DNA of 63,977 nucleotides, counting the filler, from Reticulomyxa filosa (lineage: Eukaryota; Protista; Foraminifera), in the NCBI GenBank assembly GCA_000512085.1. It is 25 parts of 25 records of this genome, joined end to end, with 100 filler letters (N's around TTAATTAATTAA, not from the genome) between each part and the next. Parts side by side here need not be neighbours in the genome. Positions count along the whole stretch, not along the records: positions 60,605 to 61,624 come from ASPP01029020.1; positions 61,725 to 62,768 come from ASPP01008719.1; positions 62,869 to 63,977 come from ASPP01028437.1; 22 more parts are not named here. The stretch is one strand, 5' to 3'. Below, in pieces: positions 60,962 to 63,977 of this stretch; positions within the stretch are counted from its first letter, which is position 1, and each line of letters starts with the position of its first letter. Made by a program: the position numbers and the translations under genes. Below the pieces are notes generated by a model. That model was given only the letters and a program-made list of their open reading frames with translations. It searched no databases and had not been told where the DNA came from.

Positions 60962-61987
60962 ACATATAGCGATGCTATATTTTGTTTCCCATCAATAACT
61001 TTTGTTGTTATTTTCTAAAAAAAAAAAAAAAAGTGTAAAATAACTGTGCACAAGTCCCGTTATCAGAAGGATCCTCCAACGCTTTCACACCTTTCAATTG
61101 AGACAAATAGCCATATTTCTTGATTCGTTCTTCAATTGATTCGTTAGAAGAACGTTTTGGAATGGTAGTTGCGTATGTGTGAATAATCTTTGCTAGTATA
61201 CCTCCGGTTCCTTTTAGCCAATTTGTTATTGCTTCCTTGCTGACTATTCCGTCCAGAGTGTTATACAGCTCTTGCAATGTCATATCTTCTGGGAAATAAA
61301 CTCTAAAGCGAGAATTAGTTGTTTTTTTTTTTTTTTTGAGAAAGAGGAAAAGTGAAAGAAGTAAGAAAGTTCTATTTTTTTTTCTCCTTTCTCACACAAG
61401 AAAAGGTACCTCACGGTTTTTCCTGTTTCAGTTAATTTGCAAGCATGTTTGAGCTTTTCTCTTCGATTTTCAAATTTTTCCACCTTTCTTAAATCACACA
61501 CTTCTTCTTTTTCCTCTTTTGGTCGGTTTTTTTTTCTAGATTTTCAAATCTTTTTTCCTGTGTTTTTTTTTTTTTTTTTTTGTGCAAAGCATAACAAGTG
61601 CGATTGCACAACATAGGAACACCTNNNNNNNNNNNNNNNNNNNNNNNNNNNNNNNNNNNNNNNNNNNNTTAATTAATTAANNNNNNNNNNNNNNNNNNNN
61701 NNNNNNNNNNNNNNNNNNNNNNNNTTTTTAAAAAAAATTAAAAAAAAAAAAAGCAAAAAAAAGCAAACAATCAAAGGTTTAAAAATGAAGAAGCAAGAAA
61801 ATCCATTTCATTTCTCTCTTGGTATTTTGAACAGTAGTCAACATAAATCGACAAAAAAAAATACAATTCGCAGTTAAACAGCACACAAAATGCGTGCATG
61901 TGTATAGTACATTTGATAGATTAAGATTTAGTATTATGATGATCCCTTTTCTCCTCCCCATCTACACATACACACATAGAAAGGCAC

Positions 61988-62689
61988 TTATGGAATGACA
62001 AGTTGGTGAAATCTCTTGGACTCGTAATTGGAGACTAGTAAAAGATTGTTTCTTTGTTGACACGAAACAATGGTGGAAGATTTGGAGCGACAATCATTGG
62101 ACATTTTGAGGATGCCACATTTCATGTCCAAAGGATCGTCGCACATGAGTACAATCAAGTTGCAAATGGGTTTCATGTGAGACAGATTGTCAAAGCAACA
62201 ATGAAGCAAGACATCTGCGAGCTGAGCGCGGAATTCGTGTTGAAACAAGTGACTCTGGCATTTCCAATAACAAAAATTGAAGGGCTTCAAAAAATAAGGA
62301 CTGTGTGCAATGATACATAATTGATAATTGTGATAATTGCCCATCCATTGATACGACATGGGCTGACAACAATCAGGCAAAGCCAGCAAGTCATCCTTGG
62401 TGACAATGTATCCTCCCCCGCTATCGCTTGAAGTGTTGTGATGCCATAGCACCTGCCATTTCAACAATAGCCACTCGTTGTGCTTGCGATTGCCGATTAA
62501 CACGTAGTAGCCGTCGGGGGATATCTTCAATTCGACGCATGGTTCCTCTCTTTCGTTGATCACCTGGTTGTTGTTTGTATTGCCGTCGCGAACATTCTCA
62601 GCGATTGTTAACGTGTTTGCACATTTGATTGTCCAGTGCTGCACGTCAAATCCATGGCATAAGTATGTACGAACTCTCCTATCAAGCAT
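61988..62689 (-). CDS. Last exon of a hypothetical protein (possible beta-propeller fragment)
   Basis: 233-aa ORF after a (TA)n intron-like tract. LKISPDGYYVLIG is WD40-like. Confidence 0.5.
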   Translation of the reverse strand: MLDRRVRTYLCHGFDVQHWTIKCANTLTIAENVRDGNTNNNQVINEREEPCVELKISPDGYYVLIGNRKHNEWLLLKWQVLWHHNTSSDSGGGYIVTKDDLLALPDCCQPMSYQWMGNYHNYQLCIIAHSPYFLKPFNFCYWKCQSHLFQHEFRAQLADVLLHCCFDNLSHMKPICNLIVLMCDDPLDMKCGILKMSNDCRSKSSTIVSCQQRNNLLLVSNYESKRFHQLVIP

Positions 62690-62727
62690 GCGCTTCTATT
62701 TAATACCCAAAAGCATCATTTTACACA

Positions 62728-62768
<41 letters not shown>

Positions 62769-63707
62769 NNNNNNNNNNNNNNNNNNNNNNNNNNNNNNNN
62801 NNNNNNNNNNNNTTAATTAATTAANNNNNNNNNNNNNNNNNNNNNNNNNNNNNNNNNNNNNNNNNNNNTTCGAAAATAATGTTTTGTCAACCAATCAGAA
62901 ACATCAATATATATATACATATACATATATATGTTTATGTATATGTATGTATGTATACGTGTACATAAAACATACACACAAACTTGATCTTGCGCTTTTC
63001 TATCGACTGGGTGAATTTTGAACTGCTATCAGCTGTAGAAAACATGCTTTGTGAGTCCCTCTTTGCAGGTGATTGAAAGGAGAGAGGACGTGCTGGATGG
63101 CTTGATTGCTTTGTTCCTGTTGGAGATTATACATTTGTGCCATGAGGGGAAAGGGAAGGAGAAATGCTGTTCTCTTTGCAAAGGCTTCAAAGTAAAAGCA
63201 ATGTCGCTAAACACCTGAATAGAATAGCGAATTCTTCTGTCGTGGGGGGTTAAATGGCAGGTTTCGCAAGCCAAAGCTATGTGCTCCTGCTGGATTTGGA
63301 ATTAGTCGAGAAGTTGAAGAAACAGAGGCTGGATTTGTGGTATTCTCCTTTCTGCTGTCACTTATTTTGGCTATTAGATTGGCTCCATGGCCTTGATTTG
63401 CCAGTTGCCCGATTGATTCCCAAGTTTTGCTTTCCAAAGCATTATCGTTCTTTATCATAGTTTTTAAGATAAGAGTTTATGATGCCAAAGGTTTTTTTCT
63501 ACCTTCGGCTGACCTAAAGTTTTTTCTTTTTTCAAGAAAAATAATCTGTATCTAATTGAAAAAAATTAAAAAATTGCAGCAGTATTTTTTAAGATCTGTT
63601 TGTTTAGAAAATTATTTCTTTGCATTCAAATATGTTTCAGTTTTTGATACAACAAAAGATATGTCGCTAACAATTAGGCTCTCATTAAAAAGAAAATTAT
63701 TATACAA

Positions 63708-63977
63708 ATGACACAAGAAAAAGTGGATGTACCTGCTCGAAACAGTGAGATCTGTCTTGAAGAGCGTTTGACTTTACTGACTCGTCAAACGTACAAACCT
63801 TTAAAGGTCGTAGTGATAAATGACGATTCAACTGATAAGACAAAAGAAATGTTGGGAATATACAAAAAGCAACACAATAACATGTATATCGACATTAAAA
63901 CAATCAATAAATCGAAGCATTACACAATGGAATTAATCACATATCAAAGAATACAAGAAGATATTTTATATGTTGTT
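63708..63977 (+). CDS. Glycosyltransferase family 2 N-terminus, partial (possibly degenerate)
   Basis: MTQEKVDVPARNSEICLEERLTLLTRQTYKPLKVVVINDDSTDKTKEML matches GT2 P.xN.E..L..L..QTY....VV.D.STD.T. Open to the window end and absent from the ORF track. Confidence 0.75.
   Translation, partial: MTQEKVDVPARNSEICLEERLTLLTRQTYKPLKVVVINDDSTDKTKEMLGIYKKQHNNMYIDIKTINKSKHYTMELITYQRIQEDILYVV

Noticed and set aside
1-63977. tRNA, rRNA or CRISPR arrays
   Set aside because: None recognised by eye. tRNAscan-SE and Infernal would be needed to exclude them formally.

Overview
This window is not one locus. It is 25 short contigs joined by an artificial 100-nt linker (N44-TTAATTAATTAA-N44, stop codons in all six frames), so adjacency across linkers has no biological meaning. 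Twenty-four contigs look like an AT-rich protist genome with short GT-AG introns, microsatellites and many pseudogenes. The divergent alpha-tubulin, NACHT and CAP-Gly families suggest a foraminiferan such as Reticulomyxa (inference). Recognisable eukaryotic genes: carbohydrate sulfotransferase, proline dehydrogenase, PH-domain formin, CLEC16A/TT9, NACHT NTPase, ABCD-type transporter, membrane-anchored Nudix hydrolase, yellow/MRJP protein, CDPK, ankyrin protein, secreted PHB depolymerase and a GT2 glycosyltransferase. There are also pseudogenes of alpha-tubulin, MCM9 and a CAP-Gly protein. One contig (15679-20780) is bacterial. It carries an IS4/IS231-type left end, a C-terminally truncated DUF4011-SF1 helicase (Hhe-like defence family), a TraT lipoprotein gene broken by one in-frame TAG, and a thermonuclease. 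It reads as a decaying conjugative/defence island, probably from an endosymbiont. All family calls come from motif recognition by eye; no searches were run.
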